64,000 nt of DNA, from the NCBI GenBank assembly GCA_963796105.1, contig CAWCKJ010000015.1, forward strand, positions 1 through 64,000, written 5' to 3'. A model generated the notes under the pieces. That model was not told the DNA's origin. It searched no databases and saw nothing but the letters and a program-made list of their open reading frames with translations. A program made the position numbers and the translations under genes. Shown piece after piece: positions 52,391 to 62,448 of the stretch; positions within the stretch are counted from its first letter, which is position 1; each line of letters starts with the position of its first letter. The DNA comes from a candidate division FCPU426 bacterium (lineage in GTDB: Bacteria > Oederibacteriota > Muellerivitia > Muellerivitales > Muellerivitaceae).

Positions 52391-53470
52391 TTAACTCACC
52401 GCCGACGCTAAAACGGTCCGTGTCATATCCGTGTCATACTCCCTTAAACGATCCAATGCACGTTGACGGTCCGTTCGATCAACTGCGTCGTAGCGCCTGA
52501 ACATCGAGGTCGTCTTGTGACCGCTGATGCTCATGATGACATTATCAGGAACCCCGGCCTTTCGCATGTTCGTGATGGCGCAATGCCTGAGATCATGAAA
52601 ATGACAATCCTTGATCCCAGCCCGCCTGCACGCACTATTAAACCCGGTCTTAATGTCCCAGATGTGTTCGCCCTTAAAGTTGAACACGTATGGACTTCCA
52701 AGAGTTTTGGGAACCTGTCGAAGCATCGATAATAACACTTCGTCCAACGGCACTTCCCTTTTCTCCTGGGTCTTGGTATCGGCGGCCTCCAGAACTATCA
52801 CCCGATTTTGGAAGTCAACCTGATCCCAACGAAGCCCTATAATCTCCCCTCGCCTCATTGCCGTCACATATGCCAACCGCACGATAGGCTTAAGGTGCGT
52901 TGAGCATTGCTCCAGCAAGCGCTTGTACTCATCCGGCGTTAGCGTCCTATTACGGGGTGTCTCCTTAAAAAATTTCACCCCCGCAATCGGATTTTTCTCA
53001 AGCTGTCCGTTTCTAATCGCGCGGTTAATAATCGCCTTCAAGCACGCGATCTCCCGGTTCAAACTTGAGCCTTTCAAGGTCTGACGCTGTTTCTTCCTGA
53101 GCGAAACATATGCTTCGACCAGATCCAGCGACAGGCTTTCCAGAGGTTGGTTTTTGAAGAACTCCCCAAGGGTGGCAACTATCAGCTTGTCACACCTGAA
53201 GCTCTTCTTCCTGGCCTCCGAAAAAGCGAGAAACCCTTGGGCCGCTTCGTTGAAAGTTATTTTCGGCTTTTCAGGAGCTAAAAATTTCTCTTCAACGATG
53301 GACTCCATGTGGTGGGCCAAAACCCGTCTTGCCTGCGCTACCGGAATATGGCCTAACCGCACCCGCTTACGCTTTCTGATTCCCCCTTCCTGCACAAAAT
53401 AATCTATGAAAAGCCCCCGTTCATCCTTTCTCAGATGATCCGGGAGCCCATTGGCGTTAGGTTTACCCAT
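52391..53470 (-). CDS. tyrosine integrase
   Basis: TAMRRGE, TKT, FHDLRH, SGHKT.SMFRRY. Confidence 0.95.
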   Translation of the reverse strand: MGKPNANGLPDHLRKDERGLFIDYFVQEGGIRKRKRVRLGHIPVAQARRVLAHHMESIVEEKFLAPEKPKITFNEAAQGFLAFSEARKKSFRCDKLIVATLGEFFKNQPLESLSLDLVEAYVSLRKKQRQTLKGSSLNREIACLKAIINRAIRNGQLEKNPIAGVKFFKETPRNRTLTPDEYKRLLEQCSTHLKPIVRLAYVTAMRRGEIIGLRWDQVDFQNRVIVLEAADTKTQEKREVPLDEVLLSMLRQVPKTLGSPYVFNFKGEHIWDIKTGFNSACRRAGIKDCHFHDLRHCAITNMRKAGVPDNVIMSISGHKTTSMFRRYDAVDRTDRQRALDRLREYDTDMTRTVLASAVS

Positions 53471-53741
53471 GCTGCCCTCCTAACGTCCTCAGCGGGAAAT
53501 ATATTAACGGATTGTTCCCTTTTTCCAAAGACTCAATTTGAGTTGGCTTTTGAAAAATTCTTTGGAATTCCGAAAGCCAAACCCTTGTGTGCTTCCCTAC
53601 CTTGACATATGGCAAAGTCCCCATATGTCTCCAATAACGAACGGTACTGGCCGGTACCCCGGCCAACTTAGCCACCTCGCCGTCCGTCATTAGAACATCC
53701 TGCTGCTTAGCCCTGCGGTCAAACTGCCTGCGTTCGCCCAT
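53463..53741 (-). CDS. excisionase-like helix-turn-helix protein
   Basis: LMT..EVAKLAGV..STVRYWR..G.LPYVKVG; overlaps the integrase start. Confidence 0.85.
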   Translation of the reverse strand: MGERRQFDRRAKQQDVLMTDGEVAKLAGVPASTVRYWRHMGTLPYVKVGKHTRVWLSEFQRIFQKPTQIESLEKGNNPLIYFPLRTLGGQHG

Positions 53742-54483
53742 GGCTTACCTCCTTTTGCAAAATCTGATACTCTTCCGGGCAATGCCTCAATACGTCCTCG
53801 TAGACGGCTATTTCCGCCTCCAGGCATTGGCCGGTATCAAAAATATCGCTCCTGCTGTAATCCAAGTTTTTGAGCCTATCGGTTAAAAGCCCGATCCTAT
53901 TCCTGAGGTAAGTCGTAAACTCCCCTGCCTGTTCAGGGTCCATAATCGTGTCCCCCGCCAAGAGGAGGGCAATCCGGGGCAATCTCGCACCTGTAGTTTT
54001 GAGGATTTTGTATTCGGGGGAGAATCTGTCCAGGTGATGGGTGTCCCGGTAAGCGTTGAAAAACTCGACCAATTCCTTTGGCTGAAACGTGGTCTTGTCC
54101 CGTAAAAAATCATCAATGGCGTATTCAATATCCTCAAACAATGCCAAGCCGCCGGGGGTCCTCGAAGCCTGGAATCCTTCTATATAGAGAACCCCGTCGT
54201 TATTAGCCTGTTCCCTTAATCCGTAAAAACACTTCCATATGGCGTTCTTTAACTCCTTCAATCGGCCTTCCGGCCAAACCATCTGGACGGTTAGATCGGC
54301 GAGGAAACCCTCAATCAGCTCAACCGCATACTCCTCAGATTTGACTTCCTCCCGGTAATGAAGCCCGTTTGATGAATAGGTCGAATCGGTGTCTTTTAGT
54401 CCTTTTTGAACTTCCCCTACCCAAGGCTTGAGCCAAGCCGTGGCGTCTCCAAAGGTTGGTCTAACGGCTTCCTTAACTTCCAT
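53719..54483 (-). CDS. hypothetical protein
   Basis: 254-aa ORF with AGAGGG RBS, co-oriented with xis/int. Confidence 0.7.
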   Translation of the reverse strand: MEVKEAVRPTFGDATAWLKPWVGEVQKGLKDTDSTYSSNGLHYREEVKSEEYAVELIEGFLADLTVQMVWPEGRLKELKNAIWKCFYGLREQANNDGVLYIEGFQASRTPGGLALFEDIEYAIDDFLRDKTTFQPKELVEFFNAYRDTHHLDRFSPEYKILKTTGARLPRIALLLAGDTIMDPEQAGEFTTYLRNRIGLLTDRLKNLDYSRSDIFDTGQCLEAEIAVYEDVLRHCPEEYQILQKEVSHGRTQAV

Positions 54484-54858
54484 GGTGGACCCTCTTATAT
54501 GAGGTTGAAAAAACAATTGACCCCAAAGGGGTCAACCCTTCGGGGAAAGGTGTGGAAAACCCCGCAAGTCTCTTCAGGGACTCCAAGGGGGGTTTTCCAC
54601 GGTGTTGGTTTTGACTTTGCTTTTGACTTTCGCCTTTCGTCTTTTCTTCTACTTCTTCATACTTCACGCCCACGCCCACGATTATTCGGCTGTCTGAGAG
54701 GCCAGCCCCCACTCCCGATTTCCTGCTATCTGAACTTGATACAGGGGGAGTGGGGGCTGGCGTCGGAGGACAGTCGAATTGTCTAAAATCGTGGGCGTTT
54801 CCCGTCTTTTTACCCTGACTCTGTTTCAGCCTCTGTTCCACGTTTTTCAGGTCTGGGT

Positions 54859-55752
54859 TCATGCCGTTTCCCTCGCCTTCTCATCCGCTGGAAGTGTCTT
54901 CAGGATGGGGTCCTTCACGAATGGCAGGTAGCCTCCGCTAAGCTTTGCCCAAGGTATGCGTTGGAATGGCAACTGGGACGCCTTCTCAAAATAGGAAAAG
55001 CCCCAGAGTTCCATCTCCCGGGGATCATTCTTTAGGAAGGTTCCCAAACCCTCCATCATTCGGACGGCATGGGCCTTATCCCGGCTGACTACCAGCCGCA
55101 AAGCCCTTGGAAAATCCCTGGTCAGGTTGAGTAGCATGCCGGTCATCTTTTCACGGTTATAGGATGAGTGTTCGTACTCCAGGACAAAGCCATAGGTCTG
55201 GTCCTCCAGGGTGCCTACAAAGTACCCATCCGGGGTCCGTTGGTGGACCCGATGGAGCTTAGCCCCTGCCAGGTCCCAACCCCGACCCTCTACCAAGGCC
55301 CTTTTCCAGTCCATCCGTAAACCGCAACGCATCTCGTAGTCCGAAATCCAGGTCAGGTTCTTAAGGCCCCCCTTTGCTTCAATCTGGATACGAATGGAAA
55401 TGACCCGTTTGTCATGTTCCCTTTCAAAAGGGTTGATATGGGGGGACCGGATTTCCGGTGAGGTCAGGATACGGGCCAGATCCGACAGGTGCCTGATAGC
55501 CGGACGGGTTAGGCAATAAAAGGTGTCCTCGTTTGGGAGGTGCCTGGTTTTGAGGAGCATCCCCTTGTCCGCCAAGTTGTTCAAATGGACACAGGCCGTC
55601 CAATAGGCATGGTGAGGGTGGAATTTCCGGTGGTAAAGGCGGGTGGTAATGAACTTGTTGGAATGGATATAAGCCAGGGTATCCACCTCCACCGGCTTTA
55701 GCTCCAAACCGGACCCACTAGGGATCGGAGAGAGGTGGCTATTAGAGGGCAT
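54859..55752 (-). CDS. replication-relaxation (MOBC-like) relaxase, second copy
   Basis: IHSNKF, INPFEREHD, W.SDYEMR, RTPDGYF...LEYE shared with 6798-7658. Confidence 0.78.
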   Translation of the reverse strand: MPSNSHLSPIPSGSGLELKPVEVDTLAYIHSNKFITTRLYHRKFHPHHAYWTACVHLNNLADKGMLLKTRHLPNEDTFYCLTRPAIRHLSDLARILTSPEIRSPHINPFEREHDKRVISIRIQIEAKGGLKNLTWISDYEMRCGLRMDWKRALVEGRGWDLAGAKLHRVHQRTPDGYFVGTLEDQTYGFVLEYEHSSYNREKMTGMLLNLTRDFPRALRLVVSRDKAHAVRMMEGLGTFLKNDPREMELWGFSYFEKASQLPFQRIPWAKLSGGYLPFVKDPILKTLPADEKARETA

Positions 55753-57538
55753 TTTGGTACTCCAAGGGGGTCTCACCCTTCTTCACACCCTTTTGGGGGC
55801 CACTACCCACTTCCTGAATCAATTCCGGCAAGGAACTCTCATTTACCTGTTTCCTGGGGTTAAAGTGTTGAAGGTTTTCGCGGGGGTTAAAATCCTGGGG
55901 CGCTTTAGTGGCCATGCGTAATGGAGTCTCAAAGATGTGGACTCCCCCATCCCCGACGATCTTGATAATGGCATGGCCCACTTTGAGTTCCTTTATTAGG
56001 TTGGGATGGAAGCGGAACTTCTCCACCTGGGGCTTGGAATAACCAGCCATCTGGCCGTTTGACGCGAAACTTTCCACCTTATAGTTAAGGTCCAGCTCGG
56101 TGCCAAATTGCCGGGCAAAGTGTTCCGCCGTATCCGGGTCATTTACCCTCAAAATGATCTTGTTGCTGGCGGTGTTCATGACCTGTTCAAAAAACTCCAT
56201 GGATACCCCTTTCAAGTCCCCATTAGACTGGTGGGCCATGATGATGTTCATCCTGGCTTCCCGGCATTTGTTGATGAAGTCAATGAAGCGGGGATAAGCC
56301 AGGTTGTAGAACTCGTCCAGGAAGATCCGGAAAGGTTTCACGGTATTCGTCCTGTACCTTGCGGCGAGCTGCTCTGACAATGCCATCATGGCGAGGATGG
56401 AAATGGCCTTGGCATCCTCGGGGTATCGGGCTGAATCGGGGGAGAACAATAAGATTTCCCCGTAGGAAACAACCTTTTCCATTTGGATATCCGGTTCACG
56501 GACATTCAATAAAAAAGCCCACTCACTGTTGCAAAATCTCTGGAGCTTATTGACCAAGCCCGAAAGCTCCATCCGGCGTTCTTTTGAGGACTTACTTAGC
56601 CATTGATCCGTGAAGTATTTGGCATAGGGGGTATAGGAGTATTTCGCGCAAAACCAGTTGATGGTTTTGAAGGTGTCGGCTTCCTGGGTCGCCAAAAGCA
56701 GGTCCTGGAAAGTCAGGGTTTTGATTTCCATCTTCAAAAGGCCTATGAGGTTCCTCAAGAAGGCTTCGGCCAATAACCGGTAATAAGGCTCGCTATTGTT
56801 AGTGTCGTAATAAAGGGCCGCAAAAACCCGGTTGGAAATGGCGCTTGGATCATCCCCATAAAGGGGGTTAAAAGTATGGGACATCGTCGGGTCTGCTAGG
56901 TCGAAATGGAAATATCTGCGGCGGGCTACATCGGCGTAAAAAGCCACGTCCTTATCCATATTGCCCTTCACATCGAGAATGAAAGAGCCCAAACCCTGAT
57001 TGATGGTTTGCTCAATGAATGGCTTGATGACGTAATGGGTCTTGCCGGTGCCAGTCCCTCCTACGATCTGGAGATTCTCATGGAGGGAAGAGGTCGGGAA
57101 CCCGTAGCGGCCCTTAGGATCAACTGATAAGGGGTAGTCCCCGAAATCCACTTTTTTCTTCTCGCTTGCCTTCCAGTAGAGACCGTACATGGCCCCACCC
57201 GCCCATAAGATGACCAAGAAGAAATAAGCCCAATCGTAAACATCTGTAATTGGGTTTAAGAGTGCCATTGCCGCTGAAACACAAACCGCAAGTTTTGTAG
57301 GTAAGTAAATGTCCTTATTTTCCCGATTGAAAAAAAGAACGGCGTATGGAATGAGGAAGAGCCAAATCCAAATCCCCAGATAGTGCTGGTTCTCAAAATC
57401 CATATGGATCGAGCGGTTGTTAAAGACATCCACATAATTAAGAAAGGGATGAAGTAAATTGAGGAGAAATAAAATGAGGGGGGGAGAAACCACCGCAAGG
57501 ATGATTTGATTCTGACTGTCTTTTGATTCGTTCGACAT
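55742..57538 (-). CDS. type IV coupling protein (VirD4/TraD/TraG-like), second copy
   Basis: TM N-terminus, GGTGTGKT, IFLDEFY, CREAR...AHQS.GDL. Confidence 0.88.
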   Translation of the reverse strand: MSNESKDSQNQIILAVVSPPLILFLLNLLHPFLNYVDVFNNRSIHMDFENQHYLGIWIWLFLIPYAVLFFNRENKDIYLPTKLAVCVSAAMALLNPITDVYDWAYFFLVILWAGGAMYGLYWKASEKKKVDFGDYPLSVDPKGRYGFPTSSLHENLQIVGGTGTGKTHYVIKPFIEQTINQGLGSFILDVKGNMDKDVAFYADVARRRYFHFDLADPTMSHTFNPLYGDDPSAISNRVFAALYYDTNNSEPYYRLLAEAFLRNLIGLLKMEIKTLTFQDLLLATQEADTFKTINWFCAKYSYTPYAKYFTDQWLSKSSKERRMELSGLVNKLQRFCNSEWAFLLNVREPDIQMEKVVSYGEILLFSPDSARYPEDAKAISILAMMALSEQLAARYRTNTVKPFRIFLDEFYNLAYPRFIDFINKCREARMNIIMAHQSNGDLKGVSMEFFEQVMNTASNKIILRVNDPDTAEHFARQFGTELDLNYKVESFASNGQMAGYSKPQVEKFRFHPNLIKELKVGHAIIKIVGDGGVHIFETPLRMATKAPQDFNPRENLQHFNPRKQVNESSLPELIQEVGSGPQKGVKKGETPLEYQNAL

Positions 57539-57598
57539 ACCGCACCTGGCTTTCTGGAAACCGTCTCCAAACTACAAGCCTGGCGGTTTCCCGCCTGG

Positions 57599-57841
57599 TT
57601 ATTGCCTGGGCGGTTCCCTTTTTTGATCTAATTTTCTTCTTTTACCCGGAGGATAAAAATAAGCAGCAAGAGCGTACCTTAATAGGTCAGCCCTCTTAAT
57701 CTTCTCATTCTTTAGTTTTTCTACTTTCGTCCTTTCGTTAATAGTCGCCAACAAATCTTGGGTAACGTGGAGCATGAGTCTTACTCCGCCTTCCCCTTCA
57801 AGTATTGGTCGCCCTCTACCCTGTTTCTTTTTCATTGACAT
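57599..57841 (-). CDS. ribbon-helix-helix DNA-binding protein
   Basis: GRGRP, strand RLMLHV, RADLLRYAL; RBS AGGAGG. Confidence 0.65.
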   Translation of the reverse strand: MSMKKKQGRGRPILEGEGGVRLMLHVTQDLLATINERTKVEKLKNEKIKRADLLRYALAAYFYPPGKRRKLDQKREPPRQ

Positions 57842-58066
57842 ATCTATATTCCTCCTTTGAAAAAAGGTCAAAATTAATCAGCAGAATAAAGTGTGCTGTT
57901 TATTCTAAAGGATATTATTTAGATTTTGGGGATTTATAGGATTTTAAAGGCGAGTTTTATTAAAAGGCATACTTTAAAAAATATTTATTTTTAAAAATTT
58001 AAAATGTGACTTTTTTTACATTTTTTTAATTTTTACGGGGAATTAGAGAAACGGAGAAAATCAAAC

Positions 58067-58936
58067 CTAAGATGAAAGATATACTGGTTTTAATTGGCTA
58101 ACAATTGGTCCAAATCGAATGCGAACATTTTCCCAATTTCCGACTCCCTGATCAGTAGGGATATGTTTCTCTACTGCTTCTTTTGGGGCCTCAAATAAAA
58201 CAGGGCCTTTGGGTTCATTTAAACACCAAAGATGGAAAATATACGCATTTGGATTATTTTCTGCAGTGTTCCATTCATTTCTACTGATAACAAATGTTGC
58301 TTGTTTAATGGGGTTTTCAGAGGCTTTAACCTCTATTAATAAATTTTGTTGATCAATTTTTGAAATCTTGGAAAGAACGTCAAAACCCGAGTGGTTGGAT
58401 TCTATACATTGCCAAATTGGTTCTAGACCAGTTCTTAGTTTTTCATACTTTAAACTTAACCGCTCTCCCTTTCGTCCAGTTTGCAAATTCTCAAATTGCT
58501 TTTTGGATCGTACCGTAGCAGCTAATGAATCCCACCAATTAATAGTCGTATCATCTAAGTTTTCAAATAGTTCTGCTTCATTAAAGCATTGTTGAATTTC
58601 CGGAGAAAATCCTTTACTAGCTTCAAAACGCCCTTTTATTAAAAGATGTGCCCAAGTTGGTTGTAATTCCCAAATTAAATGCTTCAACTGAATACGAAGT
58701 GATTCTATTGGAGTAGGACTATTTAAAACTTCCAATCCATCTTTTGTAATTTCCGCGCGGCCATCTGGCGAAAATATTATCCATTTACCATTTTGAGCTA
58801 GCTTTAATACTTCATCTGCGGAAGCAACTTGAAAAGTAGAAAAAATTGTTCCGAAATTTTTTGAGACTCCACTATTGGCCTTTATTAACTTAAGTAATTC
58901 TTGGGATGAATATAAAAGGCCAACCGAAAAGTTCAT
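58067..58936 (-). CDS. DUF3883 (NOV_C-like) PD-(D/E)xK nuclease
   Basis: G..GE, GFDVLS...LIEVKAS, ISRNEW. Confidence 0.82.
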   Translation of the reverse strand: MNFSVGLLYSSQELLKLIKANSGVSKNFGTIFSTFQVASADEVLKLAQNGKWIIFSPDGRAEITKDGLEVLNSPTPIESLRIQLKHLIWELQPTWAHLLIKGRFEASKGFSPEIQQCFNEAELFENLDDTTINWWDSLAATVRSKKQFENLQTGRKGERLSLKYEKLRTGLEPIWQCIESNHSGFDVLSKISKIDQQNLLIEVKASENPIKQATFVISRNEWNTAENNPNAYIFHLWCLNEPKGPVLFEAPKEAVEKHIPTDQGVGNWENVRIRFGPIVSQLKPVYLSS

Positions 58937-60717
58937 GCGGTTTCACCTTTTAAATGCTTTAAGAAATCTTGGACGTCTTCGGAATTTATTCCATCTTCAT
59001 CTAAATCCTCATTAACAGGTTCAACCTCTAAAGAAGGGTCGCTTAAAACTTTTGCCATAACGGCGATCTTTTTTAGTAGACGATGGTTTACAGAATCATC
59101 AATGCTATCTGGACATTGAACGATTTCTATTTTCGTCAATTGGTCAGGTTTTAGTCCGATTCGATGTATTCGATCTTCTGATTGAAGGTATTGAGCTGCG
59201 TTATAATTTCTATCAAGATATATGGCATGATGACAAACCGTGTGTAGGCTTATTCCTTCTGCACAAGCCGCCGGATTTGCCACCAACACAAAAGCATTTG
59301 GATCATCGTGGAATCTTTTTATTTTCGCTTCGCGCGTATCTTCTTCTTCATCACTACCAGCTTCCACCTTTCCATGAATGTAATCGGCCCCTAAATCCGA
59401 AAGTCGTCTTGAAATCAATTCGACGTTTTCAACGAAAGAAGACCAAATTACGACTTTCTTTCCTTCTTTGGCTAATTGTCGGGCTCTATTACAAACAAAC
59501 TGAATTTTAGGGCTATCTCCTTCGTCCAATACCTCTTTTAATAATTCTATTTCTGATAAATCCGATTTTGCTAGCAAGGAAGGATTTGAAACTAACTGAA
59601 GTACTTTTAAAACACTTCGGCCAACATAACGAAGCCCAATTCTACCTAATGTTGATAATGATTTTTCTAATTGACGAGCTTCTTCATACCTTAATAACTG
59701 ATAAAATTTCCTCTGATTCGGATTCATTTCAATTTCAATAATTTTTCTTTGAATAGGGGGGAGGTTTAATTGATTCTTGGTTGTACGAACGTAAATAGGT
59801 TTAATCAGTTCCGTAACGTTATTCTCATCCACAGAAATTTCAGGATAAAGAAAACTAAATTGAGGGATCAAATCAGAAACCAAATTTGGAAGAGGTGTCC
59901 CAGACAGAATCATTTTAGAAACTGGAATATGTGACAAACTTAAGACCGAAGACCCTATCTCCCCTTCGTAGCCTCTTTTGATTCGATGACTTTCATCAAG
60001 AATCATAATTGTTGGGAAAACACTCATAAAACTAGCAATTTCATTTCTAATATTTATCAATTGATGATAGGTAACCAGCATACACTTCGGTTTTGTTTCT
60101 AAAACACCTCGTATGTTTTCCGCGCCACCACGCAAGCGGACCATTTTTAAATCGGATCCAGGTGCGCATAAAGTTATTTGCTCTTCCCAAGCCGCAAAGG
60201 CGTTTTTGGGCGCGATAACCAATAAACGGGTATCTTTTGTTTTTTTTAGGAAAAAAAATGCTAAAGCCTCGGTGGTTTTCCCGGATCCAGGAACTGAGAA
60301 GTCAGCACTTGAGGTTAAACCTAAAAGTTTAGAAATATTTCGCTTTTGTTCTGGAGTTAATATTCTTGAAAAACCGACTTCAGTTAATTTTCGCTCTATA
60401 GCTTCATCTTTAAAAATAATTCCCTTAGAGGAAGATTCGTAAGTTTTTTCATTTTCTAAAGCTTTTTTTAAAAGGTCAGTTACTTTAGTTTGGAGATTTA
60501 AACTCAGGTTATGTTTATCAACTAAATATTTAAAAGCTTTACGGCAGGACAAAAAAACCCACCAAGGAACGGTAAAAACAACAGGAGAGACATTTACTAA
60601 TTCCCCCGTTCTCTCTTCAAAAGCTCGGCGGATTTCTAACCATGCAGTTGTCGGTGAATTTGTAGAAATTTCGGTGGCTTGCTGGTCAGCAAGATATTTA
60701 ACGGATATCACACTCAT
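58933..60717 (-). CDS. SNF2-family helicase/ATPase
   Basis: PGSGKT, LDESHRIK, LSGTP, EGISL, QSEDRIHRIG. Confidence 0.92.
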   Translation of the reverse strand: MSVISVKYLADQQATEISTNSPTTAWLEIRRAFEERTGELVNVSPVVFTVPWWVFLSCRKAFKYLVDKHNLSLNLQTKVTDLLKKALENEKTYESSSKGIIFKDEAIERKLTEVGFSRILTPEQKRNISKLLGLTSSADFSVPGSGKTTEALAFFFLKKTKDTRLLVIAPKNAFAAWEEQITLCAPGSDLKMVRLRGGAENIRGVLETKPKCMLVTYHQLINIRNEIASFMSVFPTIMILDESHRIKRGYEGEIGSSVLSLSHIPVSKMILSGTPLPNLVSDLIPQFSFLYPEISVDENNVTELIKPIYVRTTKNQLNLPPIQRKIIEIEMNPNQRKFYQLLRYEEARQLEKSLSTLGRIGLRYVGRSVLKVLQLVSNPSLLAKSDLSEIELLKEVLDEGDSPKIQFVCNRARQLAKEGKKVVIWSSFVENVELISRRLSDLGADYIHGKVEAGSDEEEDTREAKIKRFHDDPNAFVLVANPAACAEGISLHTVCHHAIYLDRNYNAAQYLQSEDRIHRIGLKPDQLTKIEIVQCPDSIDDSVNHRLLKKIAVMAKVLSDPSLEVEPVNEDLDEDGINSEDVQDFLKHLKGETA

Positions 60718-61964
60718 TTTTTAGCTAGCCACTCTTTAAGCTTCTTGATGGAGTGTTCGATTGAACCCAACTGTTCATTAACTCCAGCTTTTGTTGCCCC
60801 AGGTCCAATTCCAAGTACCGCTTCCGATAATCTAGTGCTAGCTTCCGTTGCTAATTTTAAAACATAATTAGCATTTTGTTTTTCTCGCTCTATTGCTCTT
60901 TCACCTTCAATTACATCCCGGACGACATCTGATATTTTTTTGTAATTGGCCTGATCGTTTACAACTTTAGCAATTTCCAACAAGTCACTTTTTTCGCTTG
61001 AGCCTAAAATATCAGTTTGTTTAATGCCTTGTTCGCTAACTTGAGAAGAATAAACTTCCGTTTGTAATTTATTGATTACCTTCGGCAAGTATTGTTGGAC
61101 TTGTGGTATTGCCTCATAAAGCCTTCGGCCTTGATCACTAGAGTCGTCCAATAAACAGTAACAAACCTTTTCGAAAATATCTCTCTCCACTTCATCCCTA
61201 AAGGTTTTTCTACCAGCTAATAATTTTTTAAATGCGAATTCGGCTTTTTCAACTGAATGATATTGATGGGCTTTATTCCTATTGCTTAAATAAACATCAG
61301 CCAGTTCAAGCAAATTGATTGCTTGCTGGATATCTTGTTTTTTCGTGTCATATAAACGGGCTAAATCTTCATCCGAATACATTTCTCTCTTTTTTCTTAA
61401 CATGCAAGCCCAAGTTATCCAGGTGTAATCGGCTTTTATATCTTCGCGGATTTGCTCGTAAGCTTCTAATTCATCTATATCTTTTTCGGTACATGCCGGT
61501 AAAAAAACAACCTTTATATTTTCAAATCTAGAATATTTTTTCGGATCCTTTTCATGTAATATGCGCATCGCGCACAACCTTCTGTTTCCATTAACAACAA
61601 AACCTAAATCGGTTAATACGAGGGGTAATTCCAATTCATTTTTTTTAAAGTAATCCAACAACCCTTTTTCAGAGACCATCTTAGTCAAAAGCTCATTTTG
61701 AATTTTTTGCGCCTGATCGAACTCAAGATCCTTTCTAAAGAAGTCGGCTTGAAGTTCCGGGTGGCTAGCCAAGTATTCTTCTTGAGCAGCTTGTGTGCGC
61801 CCGTTTGCCAAACGGTATTTAGGCATTTCCAAAGGAACATTGAATACATTGATTTGCTTTAATGAGCCTTGAAAACGAATAGGATATTGACCTTCAATAC
61901 TTTGACCTTTTAATAATTTTTTAATTAAATCCATTCTTTTGGGTAAAGGCCATCCATAACTCAT
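60714..61964 (-). CDS. ParB/Srx-like domain protein
   Basis: YR..NGRT, LPLVL...VVNGNRRLCA, following HTH-like segment. Confidence 0.7.
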   Translation of the reverse strand: MSYGWPLPKRMDLIKKLLKGQSIEGQYPIRFQGSLKQINVFNVPLEMPKYRLANGRTQAAQEEYLASHPELQADFFRKDLEFDQAQKIQNELLTKMVSEKGLLDYFKKNELELPLVLTDLGFVVNGNRRLCAMRILHEKDPKKYSRFENIKVVFLPACTEKDIDELEAYEQIREDIKADYTWITWACMLRKKREMYSDEDLARLYDTKKQDIQQAINLLELADVYLSNRNKAHQYHSVEKAEFAFKKLLAGRKTFRDEVERDIFEKVCYCLLDDSSDQGRRLYEAIPQVQQYLPKVINKLQTEVYSSQVSEQGIKQTDILGSSEKSDLLEIAKVVNDQANYKKISDVVRDVIEGERAIEREKQNANYVLKLATEASTRLSEAVLGIGPGATKAGVNEQLGSIEHSIKKLKEWLAKK

Positions 61965-62431
61965 TTTGTCTTATCCTCCTTAACCCCAATTACCACCATT
62001 GGAATTGAAATTATTTCTTTAAAGATTCCTATTTCGTCAACGAATCTCGAAAAATTCGCTACATTACTTCCCATTTTTTGGGCTGTTAATTTCGTTGGGA
62101 TTATATAGATCGCCCCAATCGCCTTTCCTTTTGTAAATAGCAATTGAAGTTTTAATAAGTCGGCATAGAAACGACTCATATTTCCCGTTTGCATACATAA
62201 AGCCACACCCTTATTCATTGAAGTGATTGATATATTTGATTCTTGATTTATTTTCGTTTTGTTAGACCATCCATTTGTATGAAGTTTTTCATTAACAATT
62301 TTTCTCAAACGAGTGGCGCATTTTTCAGAAAAAGTAAATTTAATTTCTTTTAGTACGTTATCCACGCTTGAGACAATATCTTTGGGCAATACTTCAATAC
62401 CTTTGGAATGAGAGTGAATATTAGTTTCCAT
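61961..62431 (-). CDS. BglII/BstYI-like restriction endonuclease fold, apparently degenerate active site
   Basis: GW...VALCMQTGNMSRFYADLLKL...AIYIIP...PMVVIG. Confidence 0.7.
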   Translation of the reverse strand: METNIHSHSKGIEVLPKDIVSSVDNVLKEIKFTFSEKCATRLRKIVNEKLHTNGWSNKTKINQESNISITSMNKGVALCMQTGNMSRFYADLLKLQLLFTKGKAIGAIYIIPTKLTAQKMGSNVANFSRFVDEIGIFKEIISIPMVVIGVKEDKTK

Positions 62432-62448
62432 AAAATTCCAGTTGTTAT

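Noticed and set aside
54473..54862. 129-aa ORF downstream of the second relaxase
   Set aside because: Reads through hairpins and short repeats; more likely a cis-acting region, though a short N-terminal peptide is not excluded
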